Source: an uncultured Gemmatimonadales bacterium (GTDB lineage: Bacteria > Gemmatimonadota > Gemmatimonadetes > Longimicrobiales > Longimicrobiaceae). Taken from it: a stretch of 64,000 nucleotides of DNA. The translations under genes and the position numbers were made by a program. Of this stretch, positions 30,188 through 40,070 are shown in pieces. The stretch lies in contig OY970303.1 in NCBI GenBank assembly GCA_963716255.1, positions 3,680,001 through 3,744,000 of the forward strand. The letters are read 5' to 3'. Position 1 is the first letter of the stretch. Each line of letters starts with the position of its first letter. The notes beneath the pieces were generated by a model. It worked only from the letters and a program-made list of their open reading frames with translations, was not told where the DNA came from and searched no databases.

Positions 30188-30316
30188 GGGCGTGCCCCCG
30201 GCTGGCGCCGGGGTCGGGCTTCGGCTCCGTAACGCAGCAAACAACGCTGCGTAACGGAGTCGAGCCCCGCGAAACTGCCCGCGGGTCTCTCCCCTTCGGG
30301 CCGAAATCCCTCACGC
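30188..30316 (+). repeat. ~130-bp structured element, copy 6
   Basis: Consensus match; inner stem CGCAGC-AAACAAC-GCTGCG. Confidence 0.95.
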
Positions 30317-30403
30317 GGGCATCGCGCTGGCGTCCGCTGGGGCCCCCACCCCGGCGCTGCGCGCCACCCCTCCCCCGCCCACCCTTCCGCCCGGAGACCG
30401 CCC

Positions 30404-30850
30404 ATGGCGAGCAGCAGCGCCGCCACCGTGGAGGAGTACCTGCGGGAGCTTCCGCCGGAGCGCCGCGAGGTGGTGTCCGCGGTGCGCGACGTGGTGCTCC
30501 GCAACCTCCCCGCGGGGTACCGCGAGAGCATGAGCTTCGGGATGATCGGATACGGCATCCCGCTGGAGCGCTACCCGGACACCTACAACAAGCAGCCGCT
30601 CGCCTACGCCGGCCTGGCCGCGCAGAAGAACCACTACGCCCTCTACCTGATGAGCGTATACCAGGACCCGCAGACGGAGGCCGCCTTCCGGGAGGCGTTC
30701 GCCGCGGCCGGCAAGAAGCTGGACATGGGCAAGTCGTGCGTCCGCTTCCGCCGGCTGGAGGACCTCCCGCTGGACGTGGTGGGCCGGACGATCGCCGCCA
30801 CCCCACCCGAGGAGATGATCCGCCAGTACGAAGCGAGCCGCCGCCGGTAG
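30404..30850 (+). CDS. DUF1801 domain protein
   Basis: TVEEYLRELPPERRE, GMIGYGIPLERYPDTYNKQPL, KLDMGKSCVRF. Confidence 0.9.
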   Translation: MASSSAATVEEYLRELPPERREVVSAVRDVVLRNLPAGYRESMSFGMIGYGIPLERYPDTYNKQPLAYAGLAAQKNHYALYLMSVYQDPQTEAAFREAFAAAGKKLDMGKSCVRFRRLEDLPLDVVGRTIAATPPEEMIRQYEASRRR

Positions 30851-30899
30851 CACGAGGTGCGAAAGTGCGGGAACGGCGCTGTGCCGAGCCGCTGCCGTG

Positions 30900-30945
30900 C
30901 TCCCCCTCTCCCGCTTGCGGGGGAGGGGGCCGGGGGGAGGGGGCC
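30900..30945 (-). repeat. REP-like hairpin attached to element copy 7
   Basis: CTCCCCCTCTCCCGCTTGCGGGGGAGGGGGCCGGGGGGAGGGGGCC. Confidence 0.85.
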
Positions 30946-30951
30946 GCCGTC

Positions 30952-31080
30952 GCGTGAGGGATTTCGGCCCGAAGGGGCGAGACCCGGCGGCAGTTTGCCG
31001 GGGCTCGACTCCGTTACGCACGGTTGTTTCGTGCGTTACGGAGCCGAAGCCCGACCCCGGCGCCAGCCGGGGGCACGCCC
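30952..31080 (-). repeat. ~130-bp structured element, copy 7
   Basis: Reverse-complement consensus match. Confidence 0.95.
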
Positions 31081-31112
31081 AAGCCTGCCGTTGTACCCTG
31101 CCTTAGACGAGG

Positions 31113-31970
31113 ATGGCAATGAACAACACGGACGACGACCGGAGAGAGATGGGCAGGGAAGAGGTGGCGGCCCAGCTCCGCGCGCTCGGCGTGGAGGAGG
31201 GCGGGGTCCTGCTCGTGCACACCTCCTTCCGCGCCATCCGGCCGGTGGAGGGCGGACCAGCCGGGCTGATCGGGGCGCTGCGGGACGCCCTGGGCCCCCG
31301 GGGCACGCTGGTGATGCCGTCGTGGACGGGGGACGACGAGCGGCCCTTCGACCCGGCGGCCACCGCGGCGTCGCCCGACCTGGGCGTGGTGGCCGACACC
31401 TTCTGGCGTCTCCCCGGGACGGCGCGCAGCGACCACCTGTTCGCCTTCGCGGCGGCGGGCCCGCGGGCGGAGGAGGTCACCGCGGGCCCGCTCCCGCTCC
31501 CGCCGCACGTCCCGGCGAGCCCGGTGGGCCGGGTGCACGACCTGGACGGCCAGGTGCTCCTGCTGGGCGTGGGCCACGACGCGGACACCACGCTGCACCT
31601 GGCGGAGCTCCTGGCGGGGGTCCCGTACCGGGTGCCCAAGCACGTCACGGTGCTGCGCGACGGGCGCCCCGTCCGGATGGAGTACGGGGAGAACGACCAC
31701 TGCTGCGAGCGCTTCGCCCTGGCGGACGGGTGGCTGCGGGAGCCGGGCCTGCAGCACGAGGGGCGCGTGGGGAACGCTCCCGCCCGGCTCGCGCGCTCGC
31801 GCGACGTGGTGCGCGTGGCGCGGGAGCGGCTGGCGCGCGACCCGCTCGTGTTCCTGCACCCGACGGACGCAGGGTGCGCCGAGTGCGACGAGGCGCGGGC
31901 GAGCGTCGCCGCCTGGCGGCGTGAAACCCCGGCCGCGGACGGCCCGTACGGGCAGGAGCAGCCCCTCTGA
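31113..31970 (+). CDS. Aminoglycoside N(3)-acetyltransferase, AAC(3)-IV-like
   Basis: GGVLLVHTSF, GTLVMPSW, PDLGVVADTFWRLP, PLPLPPH, LLLGVGHDADTTLHLAE, ENDHCCERFALAD, DPLVFLHP...GCAECDEAR. Confidence 0.92.
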   Translation: MAMNNTDDDRREMGREEVAAQLRALGVEEGGVLLVHTSFRAIRPVEGGPAGLIGALRDALGPRGTLVMPSWTGDDERPFDPAATAASPDLGVVADTFWRLPGTARSDHLFAFAAAGPRAEEVTAGPLPLPPHVPASPVGRVHDLDGQVLLLGVGHDADTTLHLAELLAGVPYRVPKHVTVLRDGRPVRMEYGENDHCCERFALADGWLREPGLQHEGRVGNAPARLARSRDVVRVARERLARDPLVFLHPTDAGCAECDEARASVAAWRRETPAADGPYGQEQPL

Positions 31971-31991
31971 ACCTTTCCAGGGACGACCATC

Positions 31992-32537
31992 ATGAAAGCC
32001 GCCGCCGCCCTTCTCCTGCTTCCCCTGCTCGCCGTTCCCGCGCGTTCCGTCCAGGCGCAGGACCACGGCACGCGCGTCAGCGTGTCCACCGGCTCGGACG
32101 ACGACTCGCCCGGCCGCATCGGCCCGCGCCGGCACCTGCGCGACGCCCGCACCGCCATCGCCACGCGCGACGGCAAGGTGGCGCTGCTCCTCACGCGCGA
32201 CGCCGTGGCGATGCAGCTCACCGACCGCGGCCTGCGCGACATCGGCCGCGACATGGACGAGGACGGGGACGAAGAGGAAGGCTTCCTGGCGGGGATCATC
32301 CAGGCGGCGGTGCGCAGCTCGGTGACCACCATGCTGAAGCGCAGCGTGGAGGTCCCGGTGAGCGAGATCCGCGACGTGGAATACCGCGGCGGGCGGCTGG
32401 TCTTCACCGGCGAGGACGGCGAGCGAGTGTTCGACCACGTGACCGTCAACGACACCGACGTCATGGAAAGCTTCTCCGACGCGGACGCCCGCGCCTTCGT
32501 CCGCGAGTTCCGCCGGCTCAAGGCCGCGGCGCGCTGA
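31992..32537 (+). CDS. Hypothetical secreted protein
   Basis: Signal peptide MKAAAALLLLPLLAVPARSVQA; terminator follows. Confidence 0.78.
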   Translation: MKAAAALLLLPLLAVPARSVQAQDHGTRVSVSTGSDDDSPGRIGPRRHLRDARTAIATRDGKVALLLTRDAVAMQLTDRGLRDIGRDMDEDGDEEEGFLAGIIQAAVRSSVTTMLKRSVEVPVSEIRDVEYRGGRLVFTGEDGERVFDHVTVNDTDVMESFSDADARAFVREFRRLKAAAR

Positions 32538-32562
32538 CGCCAGCCCCTCGGCCTCCGTCCAG

Positions 32563-32596
32563 ACCCCGCCGCCGGATCGCCCGGCGGCGGGGTTTT
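32563..32596 (+). terminator. Intrinsic terminator
   Basis: ACCCCGCCGCCGG/CCGGCGGCGGGGT followed by TTT. Confidence 0.8.
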
Positions 32597-32698
32597 CGCT
32601 TGTGTGCCCCGGGTGTGCTTGTGGTGCGCGAGTTGCGCCGCGCAGATTGCAGCGTTGCGAGCGCCGTGTACCCATCCGTCCGGAGGCGCCGAGAGCCC

Positions 32699-33595
32699 AT
32701 GAGTACGCCGTATCCACCGCCCGTCTCATGACTCCTGGAGCTCGGCGAGGCGAACGCCTCCAGAACGTGGATGGACTACCTGGAGCTGGGGCTGGGACCG
32801 GACCACGTCCCGGAACTCATCCGCATGGCCACGGACGAGCAGCTGGGCGACGGGGATGCCGGGCGACCGGAGACATGGGCACCCGTGCACGCCTGGCGTG
32901 CGCTGGGGCAGCAGCGTGCCCCCGAGGCCGTGGAGCCGCTGCTGGAGCTGGCCGCGAAACTGGAGGACGACGACTACGCGCAGGGGGACCTGGGCAGGGT
33001 CTTCGGGGTGATCGGGCGCCCGGCGGTCCCCACGCTTTCCCGAGTGCTCACCGACGCTCGCCAGAGCTCCCGGGTCCGGGCCGCCGCCGCGCAAGGGCTC
33101 GATCACATCCTCATGGACGACGAGTCCACCCGGGCCGAGGTGGAGCCCGCGCTGGTGACGGCGATGGGCCAGTGGGAGGCGAACGACGAGGTCCTCAACG
33201 CCTGGGTGATGGATGTCCTCGTCGAGCACGAGTTCGTCGAAGCCGCCCCACTGATAGAGAAAGCCTTCGCCGCCGGCCGGGTGGACCTGCTCATGCGCGG
33301 CGACTGGGAAGACGTGCAGATGGACCTGGGGCTGATCGAGGACCGGGGAGAGCGGACCGGGGAGGTGAGGGTTCCGCTGCTGGCGCTGCCGGAGCCGTTC
33401 GGCGAGGGGCGAGACCCGGCGGGGCTCGACTCCGTTGGCCCGCGTCGTTTGCGGGCTTACGGAGCCGAAGCCCGACCCCGGCGCCAGCCGGGGGCACGCC
33501 CAAACGAGCAGTTCAGGAATCGATGCGCGCTCACTGCTCGTCGCGCGGAACGGGGTTGCCGCGGCGGCTCTCCTGCCAGGGCCAGTGGCCGTTGA
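32699..33595 (+). pseudogene. HEAT-repeat/DUF1186-like protein with nonsense codon at codon 11 and repeat-invaded 3' end
   Basis: GGAGG then ATG 32699: MSTPYPPPVS*LLELGE...WMDYLELGLGPDHVPELIRMATD; TGA 32729-32731 in frame; WAPVHAWRALGQ; 3' end reads through element copy 8. Confidence 0.7.
33405..33501 (-). repeat. Structured element, partial copy 8 (internal deletion, 3' end degraded)
   Basis: AGGGGCGAGACCCGGCGG-GGCTCGACTCCGTT...GGCACGCCC. Confidence 0.9.
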
Positions 33596-33911
33596 TCTCC
33601 ACCTCCAGCGAGAAGCTGAGGAAGGTGCGGATGACGACGATCAGCCCCAGGACGCCCAGGCTGCGGAAGGTGGGCTCCACCGCGACGGTGTTGATGATGT
33701 CGGCGGCCACCATCAGCTCCAAGCCCAGCAGGATGGCGCGCCCCAGGTGGCTGCGGTAGCGGTGGTACGCCGCCTCGAACCGGGCGGCGTCGAAGACGCG
33801 GCGCAGGAACACCAGCGTCGCGAAGAGCGAGCCCAGGACGATCACCGAGATGCCCGCGATCTCGAACAGGCGGGTGATGGCGTGGGCTGCGGCTGCGAAG
33901 TCCTGGAACAT
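33531..33911 (-). CDS. DUF1622 membrane protein
   Basis: YRSHLGRAILLGLELMVAADIINTV...IRTFLSFSLEVEINGHWPW. Confidence 0.92.
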   Translation of the reverse strand: MFQDFAAAAHAITRLFEIAGISVIVLGSLFATLVFLRRVFDAARFEAAYHRYRSHLGRAILLGLELMVAADIINTVAVEPTFRSLGVLGLIVVIRTFLSFSLEVEINGHWPWQESRRGNPVPRDEQ

Positions 33912-34002
33912 GCGGGCGCGGCGTGGCTCGGGTGCGTCCTCCGGGATGGCGCTCTCCGCCGCCCTACGGCAACATGCGATCCACCCTTTTCCCCGTCCGC
34001 CC

Positions 34003-34476
34003 ATGCGCGCCACGACCCTCGCCCTCCTGCTGCTCGCCCTCGCCGGGCCGGCGGTCCACGCGCAGCAGGCTTCCGCCACGGCCGGGCGGCTCGGCTGGCT
34101 GGCGGGGTGCTGGGAGGCCCGCTCCGGCGGCAGGGTGGTGGAGGAGCAGTGGATGCGCCCGCGCGGGGGCTCGCTGCTGGGGATGAGCCGCACCGTGGCC
34201 GCGGACAGCGCGGCGGGGCACGAGCTCATGCGCATCGTGGAGCGGGGCGGGGGCCTGGTCTTCCAGGCCCACCCCTCCGGCCAGGCGCCCGCCGAGTTCC
34301 CGGTCGTGGAGGTGGGCGACGGGCGCGTGGTCTTCGCCGACCCGGCGCACGACTTTCCGCAGCGCGTTATTTATCAGCGCACCGGGGCGGACTCGCTGGT
34401 CGCCCGGGTGGAGGGGGAGCGCGGCGGCGCCATGCGCGGCTTCGACTTCCGCTACGCCCGCGTCGCTTGCCCCTGA
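34003..34476 (+). CDS. DUF6265-like secreted protein
   Basis: Signal peptide; LGWLAGCW, EEQW, F.DPAHDFPQRVIY. Confidence 0.85.
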   Translation: MRATTLALLLLALAGPAVHAQQASATAGRLGWLAGCWEARSGGRVVEEQWMRPRGGSLLGMSRTVAADSAAGHELMRIVERGGGLVFQAHPSGQAPAEFPVVEVGDGRVVFADPAHDFPQRVIYQRTGADSLVARVEGERGGAMRGFDFRYARVACP

Positions 34477-34498
34477 GCCTCACACCCGGGGACGAAGC

Positions 34499-35023
34499 AT
34501 GAACAGACCCGAAGCCTGGCTGCGCGGCCCGCTGGACGGCGTCCCCACGCAGCTCCAGCCGGTGGCCCACGCGCTGGTGCAGGCGCTGGAGGACGTGGAG
34601 CGCGCCGCGGCGCCGCTCGCCCCGGAGGAGCTGCGGGCGCGCCCCGGCGGCGCGGCGTCGGTGGGCTTCCACCTGCGGCACCTGGCGGGGAGCACGGACC
34701 GGCTGCTGGCGTATGCCCGCGGGGAGCAGCTCGCCCCGGCGCAGCTCGCCTTCCTGGCGGCGGAAGAGGAGGAGGCGCCGGGGGCGGGGGCGGCGGAGCT
34801 GCTGGCCGGGGTGCGGGCGGCCGTCGGACGCGCGCTGGAGCAGCTGCGCGCCACCCCGGAGGCGGCGCTGGACGAGCCGCGAGAGGTGGGCCGCGGACGG
34901 CTGCCGTCCAGCGTGCGCGGGCTCCTGTACCACGTGGGCGAGCACACCGCCCGGCACGCGGGGCAGGTGGTCGCCACCGCGCGGGTGGTGCGCGGCGTGG
35001 ACCGCGCCGGCGGACCGGCGTGA
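34499..35023 (+). CDS. DinB-family protein
   Basis: PEAWLRGP, SVGFHLRHLAGSTDRL, GLLYHVGEHTARHAGQ. Confidence 0.88.
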   Translation: MNRPEAWLRGPLDGVPTQLQPVAHALVQALEDVERAAAPLAPEELRARPGGAASVGFHLRHLAGSTDRLLAYARGEQLAPAQLAFLAAEEEEAPGAGAAELLAGVRAAVGRALEQLRATPEAALDEPREVGRGRLPSSVRGLLYHVGEHTARHAGQVVATARVVRGVDRAGGPA

Positions 35024-36063
35024 CGGTGGGCGGCCTCTTCTCGGAGTACGGGCGGCACCTGGCGGCCAAGGAGGCGCGCGTCCGCGGGATGCTGGCCGCG
35101 CACGGGCTGGAGGCCATCTTCGCCGGGATCCGCCGCTGCCCGGTGGAGGGGGGCTTCCGCGGGCACGTCAGCCTTCGCCTGGCGCGCGAGGACGGCGCGG
35201 CGCGGGTGCTGGGCGTGGAGCCGCGCGGCGGGCGGCTCCCACTGGAGGACACGCTGTGGGTGCTGCCGGAGGAGGCCCGCCCCACCGTGCTGCGCGTGCG
35301 CGACGTGATCCTGGGCGCCGGCTGGGCGGACGGGGTCTTCGGCTTCGAGCTGCGGCTGGAGCACGGCACGCTCCGCGCGCACGTGTCGATCTCGGCGCCG
35401 CACGGGTCCGGCGTGCCGCTGGCATCGCTCTGCCGCGCGCTGGTGGAGGGGGTGCCGGGCGTGCTCGGCGCCGCGGTGCTGTCGCAGGGGGTGGAGGTGG
35501 GGGAGGCGTGGCTCGCCAACCGCCTGGGGGGCAGGACGGTGCTGGCGCACCACCGCGCCTTCTTCCAGAGCAACCTGCGCCTGGTGCCGGAGATGGTGGA
35601 GGAGATCCAGCGCCCGCTGGAGCGCCCCGCCTCCGTCGTGGACCTGTACTGCGGCGCCGGGCTGCACTCCGTGCTCGCCGCCGCGCCCGAGACCCGGGTG
35701 GTGGGGGCCGACAACAACCCCTGGGCCATCGAGAGCGCCCGCCGCAACGCGGCGCTGCACGGCCTGTCCGGCGCGGAGTACGTGCGCGAGTCCGCGGAGG
35801 ACTTCGCCGCGGCGCGCGGGTTCGACGCGCCGGACGTGGTGTTCGTGAACCCCAGCCGCCTTGGCTGCGGCCCGGGCGTGCCCGAGGCCGTCGCCCGCTG
35901 GCGCCCCGCGCGGGTGTGCCTGGTATCCTGCTCCATCGACGCCCACCTGCGCGACACGCTCGCCTTCCAGCGCGCCGGCTACCGTCCCGCCGCGGTGCGC
36001 TGCTTCGACATGTTTCCCTTCAGCGAGTTCCTGGAGAGCGTGACGCACTTCGAGCCGGCGTAG
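35020..36063 (+). CDS. Class I SAM-dependent RNA (uracil-5)-methyltransferase, TrmA/RlmD-like
   Basis: AFFQSN, VVDLYCGAG, VNPSRLG, VSCS, FDMFP. Confidence 0.82.
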   Translation: MTVGGLFSEYGRHLAAKEARVRGMLAAHGLEAIFAGIRRCPVEGGFRGHVSLRLAREDGAARVLGVEPRGGRLPLEDTLWVLPEEARPTVLRVRDVILGAGWADGVFGFELRLEHGTLRAHVSISAPHGSGVPLASLCRALVEGVPGVLGAAVLSQGVEVGEAWLANRLGGRTVLAHHRAFFQSNLRLVPEMVEEIQRPLERPASVVDLYCGAGLHSVLAAAPETRVVGADNNPWAIESARRNAALHGLSGAEYVRESAEDFAAARGFDAPDVVFVNPSRLGCGPGVPEAVARWRPARVCLVSCSIDAHLRDTLAFQRAGYRPAAVRCFDMFPFSEFLESVTHFEPA

Positions 36064-36118
36064 GGTACTCATCCGGCCGGGGGAGATAGAGATGGGGAAT
36101 CGCGGACGCCAGCGCGGT

Positions 36119-36150
36119 GCCCGACCCCGGCGCCAGCCGGGGGCACGCCC
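36119..36150 (-). repeat. Structured element, partial copy 9 (5' hairpin only)
   Basis: GCCCGACCCCGGCGCCAGCCGGGGGCACGCCC. Confidence 0.88.
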
Positions 36151-36190
36151 AAACCCGCCGTACCAGGCGTCAACCGGATCCGGTAGAAGG

Positions 36191-36787
36191 CTACGTCTTG
36201 TGTACCGGGAAGCGCAGGTGTGTGACGCCGACGCCCGGGATCACCGTCGGGCTGCCGAGGACGGCGGGCGTGCCGGCGAGGTGGTCGAAGAGTCGAACGC
36301 CGGAGCCGAGAAGAACCGCCGCGACGTCGACGTGGATTTCGTCGAGGAGGCCGGCATTCATCAGCTGCTGGATGGTGTCGGCGCCGTGGACCCCCACGGA
36401 CTTCCCGCCGGCGGCGGCTCTGGCCTGGCTCACGGCGCTTTCGATGCCGTCGGTCACGAAGTGGACCGTCGAATCGGGTCGCGGCCATCCCGCGGGGACC
36501 TGGTGGGTGAGTACGAACGCCGGTCCCCAGGCGTGGTTCCCGCCCCAGCCGTCGGCGACCTCGAACGTGCGTCGGCCCGTGAGCACGGCACCGAGCTCGG
36601 ACCAGAGGCCGCGAAGGTGCTCCGCGCTCGGCTCCGACACCCTGAACGTCATGGGGTCCGCCCCTCCGGTGTGGAATTCGACGTCCCCCGAGCTGAAGTA
36701 CCAGTCGAACACTTCGGCCACGCCGTCCTCGGGGTCGGCGACGTAGCCGTCGAGCGACATGGACATGATTGCGACGACCTTCGACAT
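36191..36787 (-). CDS. Dihydrofolate reductase/RibD C-terminal family protein
   Basis: AAGGAG RBS; MSMSLDGYVA, GRRTFE, AGLLDEI, LLGSGVRLF. Confidence 0.9.
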   Translation of the reverse strand: MSKVVAIMSMSLDGYVADPEDGVAEVFDWYFSSGDVEFHTGGADPMTFRVSEPSAEHLRGLWSELGAVLTGRRTFEVADGWGGNHAWGPAFVLTHQVPAGWPRPDSTVHFVTDGIESAVSQARAAAGGKSVGVHGADTIQQLMNAGLLDEIHVDVAAVLLGSGVRLFDHLAGTPAVLGSPTVIPGVGVTHLRFPVHKT

Positions 36788-36904
36788 CGCGACGCTCCTT
36801 TCGAGGGGTGGAGACTGCGTTCAGGGGATCGCGCGGAGGCTACGAAGAAGGCCGGGTCCGGGCTGCTCCATGATGCGGCCGGCCCGGGCCTACGAGCCCG
36901 GTGG

Positions 36905-37450
36905 TCACCCTTTCGGCTCATACCGCATCGCCACCGCCCCCGAGGCGAACTCCAGCCGATCCACGAGCTTCAGGTCGACGGCCCGCGACAGCCCCGCGAA
37001 CAGCGTCGGCCCGTGACCCATCAGCCTGGGATGCACCACGAGCTCGTACTCGTCGATCAATCCCAGCTCCGCCAGCGCAAGCGGGAGCTGCACGCCTCCC
37101 ACGAACAATCCCTTGCCCGGCTGCTGCTTGAGCTCCTGAACGGCGGACGCCAGGTCCCCGCGCACGAGCTCCGCGTTCCAATCGACCCGGTCGAGGGTGC
37201 TCGACACGACGTACTTCTTTGCCGCGTCCATCATCCGGGCGAAGGGATCCATCCAGTCGGGCCTCGCCCCGGGCTGCGGCGACCGGAACGCCGACTCCAT
37301 CATCTCGTAGATCACCCGGCCGAAGAGGAGGGCATCGGCCTGCGCGATGTTCGCGGTTGCGTGGCGGTGCATCTCCTCGTCCGGGACGATCGAACGATGG
37401 TCGCAGCACCCGTCCAGCGTGACGTTGATGGAATACCGAAGGGGTCGCAT
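36905..37450 (-). CDS. Dihydrofolate reductase/RibD C-terminal family protein
   Basis: INVTLDGCCDH, LLFGRVIYEMM, KYVVSSTL, GLIDEY, GHGPTLF. Confidence 0.9.
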   Translation of the reverse strand: MRPLRYSINVTLDGCCDHRSIVPDEEMHRHATANIAQADALLFGRVIYEMMESAFRSPQPGARPDWMDPFARMMDAAKKYVVSSTLDRVDWNAELVRGDLASAVQELKQQPGKGLFVGGVQLPLALAELGLIDEYELVVHPRLMGHGPTLFAGLSRAVDLKLVDRLEFASGAVAMRYEPKG

Positions 37451-37712
37451 GACGAGAGAGTTCCGAGGGTGAGGTAGCCTGGCCGATCGCGTCGGCCGGA
37501 ACGGGTGCGCCTTCCTCGACCTCGACTCCGGCGCACGACGAGATCTCCACGAGGCCCGTCCGATCGCCCTGAAGATGGCTGTGGCATCCGCACCGTACAA
37601 GGACCTCCCGGCCACCACGACGCCCACGCAGCTCATAGCCGTCGCCGTTGTTGCGCGAAACCCGAACGGCTACCTTGCCCGCCTTCCCGAACCCACACGA
37701 GCCCCGGAAGCC

Positions 37713-39179
37713 ATGCAGGCGCTGACCCCGCTGAACCTCGCCATCATCCTCGGCTACATCGTGGCGGTCACCGCGCTCGGCACCTGGTTCGGCGGCCGCC
37801 AGAAGGACGCCCAGGACTACTTCCTCGCCGACCGCTCCATCCCCTGGTGGGCCGTGTGCTTCAGCGTGGTCGCCACCGAGACCAGCGCCCTCACCGTCAT
37901 CAGCGTCCCCGCCACCGCGTACGCAAGCGACCTGTGGATGCTGCAGCTGGCCATGGGCTACGTCCTGGGGCGCGTCCTCATCGCCGCCATCCTCCTCCCG
38001 CGCTACTTCCGCGGCGAGATCGCCACCGCCTACGTGCTGCTCCAGGAGCGCTTCGGCGTGGTGGCGCGGCGCTTCGCCTCGCTGATCTTCATGGTCACCC
38101 GGGCGCTCGCCGACGCCGTGCGCATCTTCGCCACCGCCATCCCCGTGGCCCTCCTGTCCGGGCTCCCGGCGTGGCAGGCCATCGTGCTCATCGGGGTGTT
38201 CACCCTGGTGTACAGCTACTACGGCGGGCTCAAGGCCGTGGTGTGGGTGGACGTGGCGCAGATGTTCATCTACATCGCCGGCGGGGTGATGGTGCTGTGG
38301 ATCCTGCTCCGGCAGCTCCCCGGCGGGTGGGACGGGCTGGTGGCCGCCGCCGCGCCCGCCCACAAGCTCCGCGTCATTCACCTGGACGGCGGCTTCGCCG
38401 ACGCCAGCTGGCTGCTCACCGGGGTGGTGGGCGGTGCCTTCCTCACCATGGCCTCGCACGGCGCCGACCACCTGATCGTGCAGCGGCTGCTGGCGGCCCC
38501 GTCGCTTCGCGACGCGCGCCGGGCTCTGGTGGCCTCCGGGGTGCTGGTGCTCGCGCAGTTCGCCCTGTTCCTGGTGATCGGGGTGGGGCTGTGGGTGTTC
38601 TACGGGGGGCGGAGCTTCGACAAGCCGGACGAGATCTTTTCCCGGTTCGCGCTGGAAGAGCTGCCGCCGGGGGTCTCCGGGCTGGTGATCGCCGCCATCC
38701 TGGCCGCGGCCATGTCGTCGTCGCTCAACGCGCTCGCCGCGGTGTCCGTGCACGACGTCTACGTCCCCCTGGCCCGCCGCCGCCCCGACGAGCAGGAGCT
38801 GCTCCGCCTGGGGAAGCGCTTCACCCTGTGGTGGGGGATCGCGCTGATCTTTTTGTCGCTCGCCTTCCAGCTCGTGGCGTCGGGGACGCCGGTGGTGGTC
38901 ATCGCCCTGCAGATCGCCTCCTTCACCTACGGCGGCCTGCTGGGCGGGTTCCTGCTGGGGATCCTGTCGCGCCGCGCCGACGAGCGGGACGCCCTCACCG
39001 GCATGGCGATTGCCGTCGCGGTGATGACCTCGCTCTGGGCGGTCCAGCAGTTCGGGGCGGTCCCCAGGGTGGTGGACACCCTCTGGTTCGCGCTGATCGG
39101 CTCGGCGGTGACGGTGGCGGCGGGGTCGCTGAGCAGCGTGCTGCGCGGGAGCACCGGCGCCGGTCCGTCGCGGGCCTGA
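37713..39179 (+). CDS. Sodium:solute symporter
   Basis: DYFLADRSIPWWAVCFSVVATETS, GGLKAVVWVD, VQRLL, AAAMSSSLN. Confidence 0.93.
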   Translation: MQALTPLNLAIILGYIVAVTALGTWFGGRQKDAQDYFLADRSIPWWAVCFSVVATETSALTVISVPATAYASDLWMLQLAMGYVLGRVLIAAILLPRYFRGEIATAYVLLQERFGVVARRFASLIFMVTRALADAVRIFATAIPVALLSGLPAWQAIVLIGVFTLVYSYYGGLKAVVWVDVAQMFIYIAGGVMVLWILLRQLPGGWDGLVAAAAPAHKLRVIHLDGGFADASWLLTGVVGGAFLTMASHGADHLIVQRLLAAPSLRDARRALVASGVLVLAQFALFLVIGVGLWVFYGGRSFDKPDEIFSRFALEELPPGVSGLVIAAILAAAMSSSLNALAAVSVHDVYVPLARRRPDEQELLRLGKRFTLWWGIALIFLSLAFQLVASGTPVVVIALQIASFTYGGLLGGFLLGILSRRADERDALTGMAIAVAVMTSLWAVQQFGAVPRVVDTLWFALIGSAVTVAAGSLSSVLRGSTGAGPSRA

Positions 39180-39225
39180 GCCGGGGAGCTCCCTCCACTT
39201 TTTTACGACGGCAAGGGCGACGCGA

Positions 39226-40035
39226 ATGGACCTGATGCTGCTCTTCAAGGCGGCGGTGATGGGGCTGGTGGAGGGCGCCACCGAGTTCCTCCCCGTGTCC
39301 TCCACCGGCCACCTGATCCTGGCGGGCGACTGGCTGGGCTTCGACGAGTACCGCGGGGCCGAGACCTTCGAGGTGTTCATCCAGCTGGGCGCCATCCTGG
39401 CCGTGGTCTGGCTCTACCGCGCCAAGATCCTGGGCGTGTTCCGCGCCGCGCCGCGGGATCCCGCCGCGCGACGGCTGATCCTGAACATCGGCATCGCCTT
39501 CCTCCCCGCCGCGCTCATCGGGTTCCTGGTCCACGACTGGATCAAGGAGCGGCTGTTCGACCCCGTGGTGGTGGCCGCGGCGCTGGTCGTGGGCGGGTTC
39601 CTGATCCTCGCCATCGAGCGCTGGCACAGGCCCTTCCACACCGAGACGGTGGACGACATCCGCCCGCCGAGCGCGCTCTGGGTGGGGCTGGCGCAGGTCC
39701 TGTCGCTCATCCCCGGCACCTCGCGCTCCGGCGCCACCATCATGGGCGGGCTCGCGGTGGGGCTTTCGCGGGTGGCGGCCACCGAGTTCTCGTTCTTTTT
39801 GGCCATCCCCATCATGTTCGCGGCGTCGTTCTACGACCTGTTCAAGGCCCTGGACACGCTCACCTCCGCCGACGCGCCGGTGTTCGCCGTGGGGTTCGTG
39901 GTGTCGTTCGTATCCGCGCTGGTGGTGATCCGCGCGCTGATCCGCTTCGTGTCCAGCAACACGTTCGTTCCGTTCGCGTGGTACCGGATCATTTTCGGGG
40001 CGATCCTGCTGGTGGTGTACTGGAACGCGCGCTGA
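39226..40035 (+). CDS. uppP: Undecaprenyl-diphosphate phosphatase (BacA)
   Basis: GLVEGATEFLPVSSTGHL, IQLGAILAV, IPGTSRSGATI, EFSFFLAIP, FAWYRI. Confidence 0.97.
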   Translation: MDLMLLFKAAVMGLVEGATEFLPVSSTGHLILAGDWLGFDEYRGAETFEVFIQLGAILAVVWLYRAKILGVFRAAPRDPAARRLILNIGIAFLPAALIGFLVHDWIKERLFDPVVVAAALVVGGFLILAIERWHRPFHTETVDDIRPPSALWVGLAQVLSLIPGTSRSGATIMGGLAVGLSRVAATEFSFFLAIPIMFAASFYDLFKALDTLTSADAPVFAVGFVVSFVSALVVIRALIRFVSSNTFVPFAWYRIIFGAILLVVYWNAR

Positions 40036-40070
40036 GCCGATACTTCAACGGATCGACGACGGCAGGCTTC

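Noticed and set aside
22152..32731. Stop-codon recoding or selenocysteine to explain the in-frame stops at 22152 and 32729
   Set aside because: The stops are different codons (TAA and TGA), TGA ends many normal genes here, and there is no redox context or evident SECIS
36191..37450. Tandem DHFR-like genes as trimethoprim resistance
   Set aside because: Motifs fit the widespread RibD C-terminal family rather than dfr enzymes
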